DNA of 64,000 bases from Heterodontus francisci (lineage: Eukaryota), in NCBI RefSeq assembly GCF_036365525.1, contig NC_090415.1, forward strand, positions 13,020,001 through 13,084,000, written 5' to 3'. The translations under genes and the position numbers were made by a program. Of the stretch, positions 49,511 to 61,592 are shown piece by piece. The notes beneath the pieces were generated by a model that worked only from the letters and a program-made list of their open reading frames with translations, was not told the DNA's origin and did not search any database. Each line of letters begins with the position of its first letter. The stretch's first letter is position 1.

Positions 49511-49844
49511 ATTTTTTTAAAAACTATGTGGATTTCACAGCACAGGCAGTTGCTGCTACTTACTCTGGATTTGCAGTATAAACATTGCGTTAGATTAGAA
49601 CCATAGAATGGTTGCAGTGTGGCCATGCCAGCTCTTTGCACGAGTAACTCCGTTAGTCCCAAGCCCCCACTCTTTCCCTGTAACCCTGCCATTTTTTTTT
49701 CTTCAATTAGACAACTACATGTTAAACTCGAAAGGACTCTGAGTGAGTGATCATGTGCTGAGATACTGAATCGTACAGACCAGAGAGTCCAAGGCCCGGT
49801 CCTCTATCTCTGCTGACTTCAAGCCCCCTGCCGGATGTGGGAAC

Positions 49845-50170
49845 ACAATCTAAGCTGAAGTACTGCAGTAGCGAGGGAGTGCTGCATTGTAAATGTCATC
49901 CGTTGGTTAAGATATTAAACTGAGGCCCAGTCTGCCTATTCTGCGGCGATGTGGAAGATCCCACAAAAACTATTTGTAGGAGAGCGGGGGATTCTGGCGA
50001 CCTGGCCAACATTTGTATTCAACCAACACACCCAAAACAGCAATCTGGTCATTCATCCATGCTTTAGGTCTTTCAGTGTGCAAATTGGCTGTCACTTTTA
50101 CCTGTACTTTCAAACTTGTCAGACGTGAAGCACATTGGGATGTTTATGGTGCTGTATGAATGCCATTTCT
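49845..50170 (+). mobile_element. Old Deu-domain SINE (SacSINE1/AmnSINE1-like) remnant
   Basis: TTAAACTGAGGCCCAGTCTGCC..AAGATCCCA..CTATTTG..CCTGGCCAACATTT..TCAACCAACA resembles the Deu domain as I recall it. Confidence 0.6.
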
Positions 50171-50873
50171 TCCTTATATTTCTTTTATCAGCCAGAGCAA
50201 CAGGAGTGGGTGATTTTGCCCCTCTCCAGCCCAGAGCTGCTGAGCTGCGGGCAGGCTGAACTCCTCTCAGAATGGGAAAGCCAAAAACCTTTGGGAAGTG
50301 TTCCTGCTCCAAGTCACTACCCTGCTACTCTTGCTAGTAAACCATATGCATGTAATTGTCAGGTGAATGCAGGATGTGATGCCTCATGCAGTGGAATAAC
50401 CATCTGATCCTCACTGTCTAAGGTCACCTAGAACAAATCATGACCTTGCTGAGCCCTGCAAATCTGGTCCTCAAAGCCTAGCTAACCTGGTGCTATTTTG
50501 ACTGAAATATCTTACTAGCTGGCTTGTCCTGTTTAAATTTCATGGCCCTGGGGGTGGTGGTGGTGTTTAGAAAGAGCTGTAATTGACACTGATGCCCCAC
50601 TGGTGGAAAAAGTCAAGGCAGAGCAAGATCTGTTGGTATCAACAACAAGTATCAGGAAATTCCTGGGTCAAAGATTTATACTTTGTATGTGGCCCCTGAG
50701 GCTTCAGGCTGTGCAAAGATACAGAGCTGGGACAGCTTTGCTTAGCGTGAATGGGTGGCTATGTATAATGACAGCACTGTTCCCAGCCAGAATGGAGATT
50801 GGGTCATTCCAGCATCAACATCGCCTGGAGACCGTACTGTTATAAGGTGACTGAAATTGATTTTATGCACGTA

Positions 50874-52573
50874 CTGTATATATTTATGTAAAAGTCAAAG
50901 TTTTGAGACCAATTTTTGGGGCTAAAATTTGGGGGGGGTGTCAACATTTACACAAGTCATGTTTTTGAACTTTAACAAAATAATAGCCACCATGGAGGCA
51001 GACATAATTAGTGTAAAATCATTTATTTAAACAAAAGTTATATACAATTTTTATTACAGTAAGTGGAACAATTTAATAACGTAAACTAGTTAGAACTGAA
51101 CATGCACTAAAATCCATCAAAATCACTCTGGTCTGCAACTCCGAATAATTCTCCTGAATCATCTGCTTGAATGGCATCATCATATGGATCATCAATAGCA
51201 GTTATGCCATCATCGTTTTCATTATTCCACAAATAATCATCCTCTACCATTGGGTGCATTGGAAATTCCACATTTCTTGAAGGATCTTACGACAATGTCG
51301 GTTTTGAGCTAATTTCAAGCATCCACAACCCATTCACGCAAAGCTGCTAGTGTTGGAGCTTGCGTGCTGCCTCCTTTGGTGAAGGTTTTCCCTCCCTCAA
51401 GCATCCAGTTGCTTTATTTCTGATGCTGTCCTTGAAGGGCTTGTTGATACTGACATCTAATGGTTGGACCACGCTGGTAAGGCTGCTGGGAATCACTGCA
51501 ATACTGGTGTTCTGTGATCCAACCCCAGCAACAACATCATCCACTAGGTGCGATTTAAACATGTCCCGGATGAGCAAGCTTTTCTCTTTGCATCGTCCAC
51601 CTGGTCGTAAATTCCACACTTTCCTCAGCCATATTTTGCAGCCACCTTAAACCATCCATCCTTTTTCATGAACATGGACAACAATGCCTCTTGAAAATTT
51701 CTGTTTGGGGATGGTTTTCCTCTTAAATATCACCATCGCGTTTAGCTTTGTCCCGTCAGACATACAATAAAGTCTGACAGTGAATCTAGTCTTCTCACGG
51801 CTAGTCATCTTGACTAGTACTTTTTTTTTCTCCAATTTTGTTCACCCTTCAATTTGCCAGCATATCAAAATTCATGGGAGTTTCGTCCGTGTTGCCAATG
51901 CAAGCCAAATTGTAGCCATTTTTCTCTTGATGTGTTGGGTGTAAATGGGTGGAATTCAGTGATCTTGTTGTCAAGTTCAGTAGGTAGACGCTGTGAAATC
52001 TTTAGGTCTATAGTAGTCTTTAGGTGAAGTACAAAATTGCATCTCTGCATGAACCTGATGTACCAAACAGCACTGGCCTTGAAATCTGCTACGCCTTCTT
52101 TGCTTCTTTCAGCGCGTAGAATCGAATGGATGTGCGAGAAACTACATATCCATTCTGGCAAAGGTCACTGGGACCATTCTGCAACTTTACCATCTAATTG
52201 CGGCCACTTGCTAGGCTTTCCCCGATTAGCACTTTCATTCTTTGGCATCTTCATGAGCTGTGTGGAAAGCTTTCTCCAGTCTCTGACATTCTTCTCCAAT
52301 GCTGTGAATTCTCTTGCTGCCACACAATTATTCGCCTTCTCTGCACAAGCAGTGACTTGTGGTTTAAACTGCACTGAGTATTTGTTGTTCTTCCTTGGCA
52401 CCATATTGAAAAAATGTGGGGGATCCTAGCTGAACGTTCGGGTATTCATACTAGTGCTTGATTAGAATGTTCTGCGTTCTGAAAATTAAGGTTGACTTTT
52501 ACACAAGATATCAGAAAAATTCAAGATTTTTTGGCCTAAAGTCATGGATCGACTTTTACATGAGTATATACGG
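50874..52573 (-). mobile_element. pogo/Tc2-type (POGK-like) DNA transposon with decayed transposase
   Basis: Imperfect ~23-bp TIRs CTGTATATATTTATGTAAAAGTC / GACTTTTACATGAGTATATACGG, TA on both sides; KYSVQFK..VRDWRK, FKAS..FMQR, QPLDVSINKPFKD. Confidence 0.9.
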
Positions 52574-53489
52574 TAATTTGTATTACCTAACGATCTTTCA
52601 CTCACTGCATTCTGTTGGAGCAATAACTCTGCCTTTATTTGGGAGACATTGCTGCAGTTTCAGTCATAGTTCTGTTTACTGTAATTAGTAGAGACCCTTT
52701 TAAAATTTCTGTTTGCTGTCATGTGCTCTTTGAATCGACTCTGCTGATGAAATAGACTTGGCTATAAAATAGACTGTTTGCTGTGAGTCCTGATGTAGGT
52801 CCAGCCCCATCTCTAACTCATTGGCTGCTACAGTAGTGTCATTGACAGTCTGTAAATGGGAACCTTCAGGACACTGATTTAGCTCCTGGTCGCAACCTTG
52901 TGCAGAATATAAAAGCACTGGAGAGTGCACAGTGTGTGAGGTTGTTAATGCAACAAAGGATAGTAATAGGATTCAGGGTAGTCTGCCTGCAAGGCTCCAA
53001 TTTCAGCTTGGCTCAGATCAGATGTGTGTTCTTTTGAGCCTAGTCCTTTAAATATGATTAAGAGCCTGTTTGCGAAGGCTAATATCCTTCTGGTGACCTT
53101 TCCAATAGCAGTAAGCTTCACTGCTGTTCAGAGATGGCTTAAAATGTATGTCAGTGGGATGCGGAGCAGCAGTGACAAATCACTTGCCTAATTTAGAACC
53201 ATTTGATCCAAGGCAGCTGCCTCTGAAAGCTTGGCTGACGCCCAGTGTAATGGAGACTAGGAACCCAACCCGGGCTTTCGATAATTTCCAGATTCACTTG
53301 AGAGCAGCCTCTCTTGATTGGAGCTGAATCTGTGTCAGCTACGCTCCTGTCTGGCACTAATGCTACTCTATATTGCACCGCCACTTCCTCTGGCTGCTGC
53401 AGCTCTCAATGCTCCAGGAATTGCCCTATTTGTATTGTTCAAGAATCCAGATGAAACCAAGTGCATATGGAGTTGCTGTCCTGGCCAGC

Positions 53490-53687
53490 CTCTCAACTTG
53501 TATCGCTGTCGCTGGGTCAAAATCCCAGAATTCCCTTCCTAACAGCACTGTTGGTGTACCTACATCCCGAGGACTGCAGAGGTTCAAGAGGGCAGCTCAA
53601 CCACCTTCTCCAGAGCAATTAGGTATGGGCAATAAATGCTGGCTGAGCCAACAATACCCACATCCCACAAACGAATAAAAAAAAAAC
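53490..53687 (+). mobile_element. 3' tail of the second LINE family
   Basis: Matches 20480-20655. Confidence 0.75.
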
Positions 53688-53714
53688 TTCTATAAAATTG
53701 AGCTCATCTATAGC

Positions 53715-54265
53715 TCTGCTGCCCATAGCCTAACTTGCACTCATCACCCCTGTGCTTGCTGATTTACGTTGACTCCCAGTCAGGCAGCGCCTCAATTTAA
53801 AGATTCTCATCCTTGTTTTTACATGTCTTTCCATGACCTTGCCCCTCCCTCCATCTGTAACCTCTTCCAGCCCTCCAATTCACCAAGATCTCTGCTTCTG
53901 ATGAAAGGTCACAGACCTGAAATGTTAACTCTGTTTCTCTCTCCACAGATGCTGCCAGACCTGCTGAGTATTTCCAGCACTTCCTGTATTTATTTCAGAT
54001 TTCTGGTATCTGCCGTATTTTGCTTTTAAGGTCTCTGTGCTGTTTCATTTCTGGCCTCTTGCCCGTGTTTTCATTACTGCATCCTTGGCGGCCATGCCTT
54101 CAGCTGCCTCAGCTCTAAGCTCTGGAATTCTCTCTCCAAATCTCTCTCCCTCTATCTCCTTTAAAACCTCCCACTTTAACCAAGCATTTAGTCCTAATAT
54201 CGCAATAATATATAGCAATTTTTTGTTTCATAACGCTCTTGTAAAGTGTCTTGGGACATTTTACT
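53715..54265 (+). mobile_element. L2-type LINE 3' remnant with a Penelope-terminus insertion (~53894-54027) carrying a hammerhead core
   Basis: ITPVLADL..LP..QRLNLKILILVF-like frame; CTGATGA-A-AGGTCACAGACCT-GAAATGTT at 53898-53926. Confidence 0.65.
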
Positions 54266-54540
54266 AACTGCCAAATCACTTCCAAGTTGTTATTGATGGT
54301 GCAATGCACAGAACACCTCCCCTCGTTGCCTTCTGCACTTTCTTTTCACTTTCCTCCTCTCCTGCACTGCGAGGTTACAGCTCACCTGTATCCTGCCATG
54401 CGCGAGTGCTCCCAGGCTTTTGGGCCACATGAGAAACGACAGTCAAATTTAATTGTTTTCTTCCAACATCTTCACACGTGCACGTTTCAGTGGGGGTCAC
54501 GGATAGTGAACAGGAATGGAAACCCTGTCTGATTTTGCTA

Positions 54541-54748
54541 TTTCTCTCTCTCGCGCTCTCTTTCTCTCCCGCGCTCTCTTTCTCTCGCCCGCTCTCTTTC
54601 TCTCGCCCGCTCTCTTTCTCTCGCCCGCTCTCTTTCTCTCGCCCACTCTCTTTCTCTCGCCCACTCTCTCTCGCTGTCTCACTGGCTCTCTCGCTCGCGC
54701 TCTCGTTGGCCCTCCAGCTCTCTCGCTTGCTCTCCCACTCGCTCTCAC
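54541..54748. repeat. CT-rich 18-bp minisatellite (TCTCTTTCTCTCGCCCGC)n
   Basis: About 6 near-perfect units; explains the RPLSFS/RESGREK repetitive ORFs. Confidence 0.92.
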
Positions 54749-54859
54749 AACCCTTGCTCAGGGACATTTAAGTCAGTTGTGTCTCCCAACCCCTGTCTCA
54801 GGTAAGGTTGCGAGCTGCATGGATCAGGGATTTTAGGTCTCTTTGTGTCGTGGTATCAG

Positions 54860-55926
54860 CCTCGTTTAATGGTAGCACACTCACCTTAACTCAACTCAAG
54901 GTTGAGGGCTCAAGGCCCACTTACGAATTTGAGCATATAATCTCTGCGGACAGTTCACTGCAGTTCTTACGTGATGCAGCACTGTTAGAGGTACTGTTTT
55001 TTGAATTTGACATTGAATTGAGACCCTGTCCTCTTGTTCAGGTGCCTCTATTCAAGAGGAGCAGGTGAGTTCTCCTACTGTCCTGGTCCAATGTTGTTCC
55101 TTCAACCAGCATCATCAAAGCTTTAGGGGAGACAATGGTGTAGTGGTAATACTGCTGAACTCGTAATCTAGAGGCCTAGGTTAATGCTCTTGTGACAAGG
55201 GTTCAAATCCCACCATGGCAGCTGGTGGAATTTAAATTAAATTAATAATGGAATTGAAAGCTAGTCTCAGCCATGAAACTATCATCGATTGTCATAAAAA
55301 CCCGTCTGGTTCGCTGGTCCTTACCTGGTCTGGCCTACATGTAACTCCAGACCCACAGCAATGTGGTTGACTCCTAAATGCCCTCTGAGATGGCTGAGCA
55401 AGCCATTCAGTTGTCAAGGGCAATTGAGAATGGGAACAAATGTTGGCCTTGCCAGCGATGCCCACATCCCATGAAAGAATAAAAAAAATTGGTTAACTGA
55501 TCATTTATCTCATTGCTGTTTGTGTTTAAATTAAGACTACAAGTGGGAGCAGAAGTAGGCCATTCCGCCCCTTGAGCCTGCTCTGCCATTCAGGAAGATC
55601 ATGGCTAATTTCCATCCTATCTCCATATTCCTTGATTCCCTTATTAAAAATTATCGATCTCACTGTAAAATACACATAACAACTGAGCAGCCACAGCCCT
55701 CTGGGGCAGAGAATTCCAAAGATATAAAACTCTCTGAGTGAAAAATGTCTGACCCCTTATCCTGAGATTGACCCCTAGTTCTAGACTCCATCCAGGGGAA
55801 ACAGCAACATTCCACCATGTAACAACAGTGACAGCACTTCAAATGTAATTCGTTGGCTGTGAGCACTTTAGGCTAACCTGAGGATGTGAAAGGTGGTTTA
55901 TAAATGCAAATTCCTTTCTTTCTTTC
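54860..55926 (+). mobile_element. Old Deu-domain SINE split by a younger SINE (55126-55487) and a minus-strand CR1 tail (~55530-55800)
   Basis: tRNA-like head at 54865, CTATTCAAGAGGAGCAGG..GTCCTGGTCCAAT..TCAACCAGCATC, tail GTGAAAGG..ATAAATGCAA-(TTTC)n. Confidence 0.6.
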
Positions 55927-56331
55927 ACAGCCTCCGGTGCACTTGCATGCTCAATGAGGACTAAGAACTGGGGTGAATGAGGGACCTTCTGGTTTAGATG
56001 GCTACCTTTGTCAATAGAGCCATTTAGGTGTAGTTTTACCTGGGTAGACAATATTGCCTTTCATGCATGCAGCTGAAAGAGTATTTTATACAACTTTCAT
56101 TTGTGTAGCACCTTGAGTCTGATTGGATGTTGAGAAGATTTTGTAAGCTTTCTTTCTGAATTTGCATTGACATTTTTAAGCTGCAAAATTCCACAGCACA
56201 CTTGACCATCAACTTTAAGGGAGAAGAACATGGATGTTGAGAATATTTGTCGACTTCAATTCAGTCATGGCTTTTCATTTGTCACATTCTATGGCAAGGT
56301 TGCAGAAATATATTTGACCGCGAGTGGGCAT

Positions 56332-56403
56332 TGCGATGACCGGGAATCTAATCTGGGTCAATTGTTTGGAAGGCAGATATACTCACCACTATACCAGCAT
56401 CGC
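56332..56403 (-). pseudogene. tRNA-Gly(TCC) pseudogene
   Basis: 72-nt GCGATGCTGGTATAGTGGTGAGTATATCTGCCTTCCAAACAATTGACCCAGATTAGATTCCCGGTCATCGCA, colinear with vertebrate tRNA-Gly-TCC (about 11 mismatches); B box broken (GTTCGA to ATTAGA). Confidence 0.85.
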
Positions 56404-56547
56404 TGGCATACATGTAGCTCGTCATTTATACAGTATACACACCAGAGCTCATTGGAACTCAAATGTCATTTCAACCATTTCAATCTGCACCTTAACACCA
56501 CGTTCATGTTCCCATTGGAGGATAGAATCATGGAATGGTTACATCAT

Positions 56548-56775
56548 CTCCTAGAAACCGACAAAATTCTAACAGGACTGGACAGACTAGATGTAGGAAG
56601 GATGTTCCTGATGGCGGGGGAGTCCAGGACCAGGGATGACAGTCTAAAGATAAGGGGTAAGACATTTAGGACTGAGATGAGGAGGGATTTCTTCACCCAG
56701 GGAGTGGTGAACCTGTGGAATTCTCTACCACAGAAAAGAGTTGAGGCCAAATTATTAAATAAATTCATAAAAGAG
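56548..56775 (+). mobile_element. CR1 fragment
   Basis: LLETDKILTGLDRLDVGRMF..VVNLWNSLP. Confidence 0.82.
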
Positions 56776-56879
56776 TTTGTACTACTGGATTCGGGCATTT
56801 AGATGCTCATTAGATGGAATGCGTTTTAATTTCCTCTGATATTTGTAAGGCTTTTTTTTTTTAACAGTACTCCCTTTTA

Positions 56880-57212
56880 GGGACATGCAGTGATGAACAC
56901 CGCAAACTCACAGCCCCAGCGACCCGGGTTCAGTTCTGGGTACTGCCTGTGCGGAGTTTGCAAGTTCTCCCTGTGAATGCTTGGGTTTCCGCCAGGTGCT
57001 CCAGTTTGCTCCCACAGCCAAACACTTGCAGGTTGATAGGCAAATTAGCAATCGTAAATTGCCCCTAGTACAGGTAGGAGAATTGAGGGAAGAAAGGAAT
57101 GTGGTAGGGAATATGGGATTAATGTAAGAATAGTATGAATGGGTGGTTGATGATCGGCACAGACTCGGTGGGCCGAAGGAACTGTTTCAGTGTTGTATCT
57201 CTCTATGACTCT
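56880..57212 (+). mobile_element. V-SINE (HE1-like)
   Basis: Head, V-domain and tail. Confidence 0.85.
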
Positions 57213-58412
57213 TTCTTTGGCCTCCTTATCTCAACAGACAATGGGTAAGTGCCTGGAGGTGGTCAGTGGTGTGTGGAGCAGCGCCTGGAGTGGCTATAAA
57301 GGCCAATTCTAGAGTGACAGGCTCTTCCACAGGTGCTGCAGAAAAATTTGTTTGTCAGGGCTATTACACAGTTGGCTGTCTCCTTGCGCCTCTGTCTTTT
57401 TTCCTGCCAACTGCTGAGTCTCTTCGACTCGTCACACTTTAGCCCCGCCTTTATGGCTGCCCGCCAGCTCTGGCGGACGCTGGCAATTGACTCCCACGAC
57501 TTGTGATGAATGTCACAGGACTTCATGTCGCATTTGCAGATGTCTTTAAAGCGGAGACATGGATGGCCAATGGGTCTCATACCAGAGGCGAGCTCGCTGT
57601 ACAATGTGTCTTTGGGGATCCTGCCATCTTCCATGCGGCTCACATGGCCAAGCCATCTCAAGCGCCGCTGACTCAGTAGTGTGTATAAGCTGGGGATGTT
57701 GGCCGCCTCGAGGACTTCTGTGTTGGAGATACGGTCCTGCCACCTGATGCCAAGTATTCTCCGGAGGCACGAAGATGGAATGAATTGAGACGTCGTTCTT
57801 GGCTGACATACGTTGTCCAGGCCTCGCTGCCATAGAGCAAGGTACTGAGGACACAGGCCTGATACACTCGGACTTTTGTGTTCCGTGTCAGTGCGCCATT
57901 TTCCCACACTCTCTTGGCCAGTCTGGACATAGCAGTGGAAGCCTTTCCCATGCGCTTGTTGATTTCTGCATCTAGAGACAGGTTCCTGGTGATAGTTGAG
58001 CCTAGGTAGGTGAACTCTTGAACCACTTCCAGAGCGTGGTCGCCAATATTGATGGATGGAGCATTTCTGACGTCTTGCCCCATGATGTTCGTTTTCTTGA
58101 GGCTGATGGTTAGGCCAAATTCATTGCAGGCACCGCAAACCTGTCGATGAGACTCTGCAAGCACTCTTCAGTGTGAGATGTTAAAGCAGCATCGTCAGCA
58201 AAGAGGAGTTCCCTGATGAAGACTTTCCGTACTTTGGACTTCGTTCTTAGACAGGCAAGGTTGAACAACCTGCCCCCTGATCTTGTGTGGAGGAAAATTC
58301 CTTCTTCAGAGGACTTGAACGCATGTGAAAGCAGCAGGGAGAAGAAAATCCCAAAAAGTGTGGGTGCGAGAACACAGCCCTGTTTCACACCACTCAGGAT
58401 AGGAAAGGGGTC
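57213..58412 (-). mobile_element. RTE-clade LINE, 5' truncated (second copy)
   Basis: KQGCVLAPTLF, ELLFADDAA, WLGHVSRMEDGRIPK, C-terminal CSTCGRACHSRIGLYSH. Confidence 0.93.
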
Positions 58413-58459
58413 TCTGACTCTCTGTACTACTAAAGCGTGTCTTTAGTTCCAAAATGATC

Positions 58460-58775
58460 GCCGCTTATGTCTAAAGGGATCAAGGGATACGCGGACAAAG
58501 CGCGAACAGGGGACTGAGTTTGGATGATCAGCCATGATCATATTGACTGGCGGTACAGGCTCGAAGCACCGAATGGCTTACTCCTGCTCCTATCTTTCTA
58601 TGTTTTTGTTAAGTTGGTCATTCGGCCCGTCGTGTCGCGGCCGGCTCTCTGCAAGACCAGTTCACCTCCTCCCACCGACCCGCCTTTTCTCCATTGCCCT
58701 GCAGTTTTGTTTTATTCTCGATATAATTATCCAATTCTGTTTTCAGGGTCTCGATTGAATCTGCCCCCAACACAC
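58460..58775. mobile_element. Two CR1 tail remnants in opposite orientations, CpG-rich
   Basis: GATCAGCCATGATCATATTGA..TACTCCTGCTCCTAT (+) then ATTCGGCCCGTCGTGTC..GGCTCTCTGCAAGA (-). Confidence 0.6.
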
Positions 58776-58845
58776 TCGATGTTATTCCTCTCCAATTTCA
58801 GATATTTCTGAAGGAATGGGAATATTCTTGCATGACTCACTTTTA

Positions 58846-58861
58846 GCCAGTAGATGGCATC
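58846..58861 (+). promoter_or_regulatory. Candidate CTCF site
   Basis: GCCAGTAGATGGCATC fits the CCASYAGRKGGC core. Confidence 0.45.
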
Positions 58862-59088
58862 AGTCTACAATCATTTGGATCTTGTGATTTGTGTACACAC
58901 ATATCGACCGCAATGGGTCTGCTGCTGCCCGGGGAGTTCTCCAAGCACGCCGCCTTGGCAGGGACAAAAACACTGACGAATTATCCCAGTTCCTTGTAGA
59001 TCTCCACAATGTACAGAAATAAAACTCGAAACCCCACATCTCTTTTAAAATCCGCCTTCAGCTTCTTTGAAACAACTGCCCTGAAAAA

Positions 59089-59225
59089 AAAACTGACCCT
59101 GCCCGGAACTGAGTTTGGCATCAGATAACACAACGGCTCTTCAAAGAGACATCAAACTGGCAAAAGATAGAGCTGCTATCTCTTGTTGATTCCAGCACAT
59201 AAACGTCTCAGAAGGATTTGACCAC
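59089..59225 (+). pseudogene. Orphan H3 3' UTR with degenerate stem-loop, no coding sequence
   Basis: Colinear with 26622-26758; stem-loop GGCTCT-TCAA-AGAGAC at 59135-59150. Confidence 0.88.
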
Positions 59226-59563
59226 CCTCTTTACTGTCCACTGATAACTCTCGAAGCAGAGTGACCCAGATTCCTTTGTCTCCATATTGTAGCTGGGAAT
59301 TTCAGGACCTTGCAGTTCTCAGTGTGAGAGCAGTGACACCATTGTTTACAATACATTTTATCAGAATAGCTCATTTTAGAACTCAAGACACGCCTTAGTG
59401 GTATATAAACGGTAGAATTGTAAAAAAAAATTCTTGCAAATATGGCAAGAGAAAATTAAAAGGCATTCCATTTGATGAGCAGATAAAAGCTTGACTCCAG
59501 TACAATTCATAGCAACACAAAATAACGCGAACAGTATAACATTACCGTCTCTCAGACAGTAAC

Positions 59564-59604
59564 CAGCCCTTTCACAGATAAAGTGGGTGGCTCTGAAAAG
59601 AGCC
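59564..59604 (-). terminator. H2A copy 2 stem-loop and downstream element
   Basis: Minus-strand GGCTCTTTTCAGAGCC at 59589-59604 then GAAAGGGCTG. Confidence 0.94.
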
Positions 59605-59634
59605 TTTGGGTTGACAAATTCAGGTCAGGCCGCT

Positions 59635-60249
<615 letters not shown>

Positions 60250-60942
60250 TCAAATTTGAAAAACCCGCCAATATATTGGGACGGCTTCAATATGGAATAT
60301 CACATTTATAGTTCTTTTTGTCCGGTTAAATAAATAAAACCTTTTTGATATTGTGTTATTCTACATTTGGTAACAAGTTCCAGATTGGCTTTTACATTCT
60401 GACATCTATTCGGGTTTACTCTCTGTCCTTTTTGAAACCAGCGAGCAGAAAGTCTCTTTCACAACATTCTCCAACCGGGCACATTTCATGTCAATTTTCA
60501 TAATAATACCGCATCACTGATGAACGATTGTTTGTTATTCGTGGGAGACAACAGCGGAGTGTAGATTTTCAGTGTCAGGTGTCAGCGTGTGAGACGGAGG
60601 GTTCCGACAACACCGGGGGGTTCTAGATAATGTAATTATTAATTTGTGAGGTCAAACTTGAACTGGGGAAATAAGTGACTGCGAACTGATGTATGTGCGT
60701 TAAATCAGCTTTTATTGTCGAAATACAAAAAAGGGGCCGAATATGAACACGTCCGAGAACAAACCTCACAAATGGTCAGTGGTCAGTAATTTATGTCCGG
60801 GACATTATTAGTTAGAGACAGAAAGATCGCACGGGCAGTGAAACTGCATTAACCAGAATCTATGGGAGTAAAACAGAGATCACAAAGGCAAGGACACTTG
60901 ATATATAAATCAATATAAGTCGATACTATACAGACAATGTTG

Positions 60943-60983
60943 TAGCTTTTTCAGAGGAGTTGTGGGTGGCTCTTAAAAGAGCC
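60943..60983 (-). terminator. H2B copy 2 stem-loop and downstream element
   Basis: Minus-strand GGCTCTTTTAAGAGCC at 60968-60983 then GAAAAAGCT. Confidence 0.93.
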
Positions 60984-61022
60984 TTTTTGTGTTTTGGGTG
61001 TGTTTCAGTACATTGCGGATAT

Positions 61023-61403
61023 TTACTTGGAGCTGGTGTACTTGGTGACCGCCTTTGTACCTTCCGACACGGCGTGTTTGGCCAGCTCCCCGGGCAGCAG
61101 CAGGCGCACGGCGGTCTGGATCTCCCGGGAGCTGATGGTGCTGCGTTTGTTGTAATGGGCCAGGCGGGAAGCCTCACGGGCGATTCGCTCGAAAATATCA
61201 TTCACAAACGAATTCATGATGCTCATGGCCTTGGAGGAGATGCCGGTGTCAGGGTGAACCTGCTTCATCACTTTGTACACGTAGATGGAGTAACTTTCTT
61301 TCCTGGATCTTCTCCGTTTCTTGCTGCCCTTTGTTGGCGCTTTCTTCAGAACTTTCTTGGCGCCCTTCTTGGAAGGTGCTGCAGTTTTCTTCTCGTCAAC
61401 CAT
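61023..61403 (-). CDS. H2B: Histone H2B, copy 2 (126 aa; G75R by human numbering)
   Basis: ATG at 61403; [21 protein letters not shown]. Confidence 0.97.
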   Translation of the reverse strand: MVDEKKTAAPSKKGAKKVLKKAPTKGSKKRRRSRKESYSIYVYKVMKQVHPDTGISSKAMSIMNSFVNDIFERIAREASRLAHYNKRSTISSREIQTAVRLLLPGELAKHAVSEGTKAVTKYTSSK

Positions 61404-61454
61404 GATCACGATCAATCTCAGACACAGAATAAACAAAATTTCGCTCCAAGCTCG

Positions 61455-61592
61455 CTTTTTATAGACATCCCCTGAACCCTATGCTAATGAGGAATGGGAG
61501 AAGACCATGTTTATGATTGGCTGGTTTACAATGATGTCACTGCCTGATGTTCTGTATCTATCTGATTGGGTGTCTAAAGTAACCAATCACAT
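61455..61592 (-). promoter_or_regulatory. Uninterrupted H2B promoter
   Basis: TATAAAA (minus) ~61457-61463, ATGCTAAT 61481, CCAAT motifs near 61516, 61565 and 61583, TGATGTCA 61532. Confidence 0.8.

Noticed and set aside
54375-54836. RESGREK/RPLSFS repeat proteins
   Set aside because: Translations of an 18-bp CT-rich minisatellite.
56230-56802. 190-aa ORF as a gene
   Set aside because: Reads through an antisense tRNA relic into a CR1 fragment.
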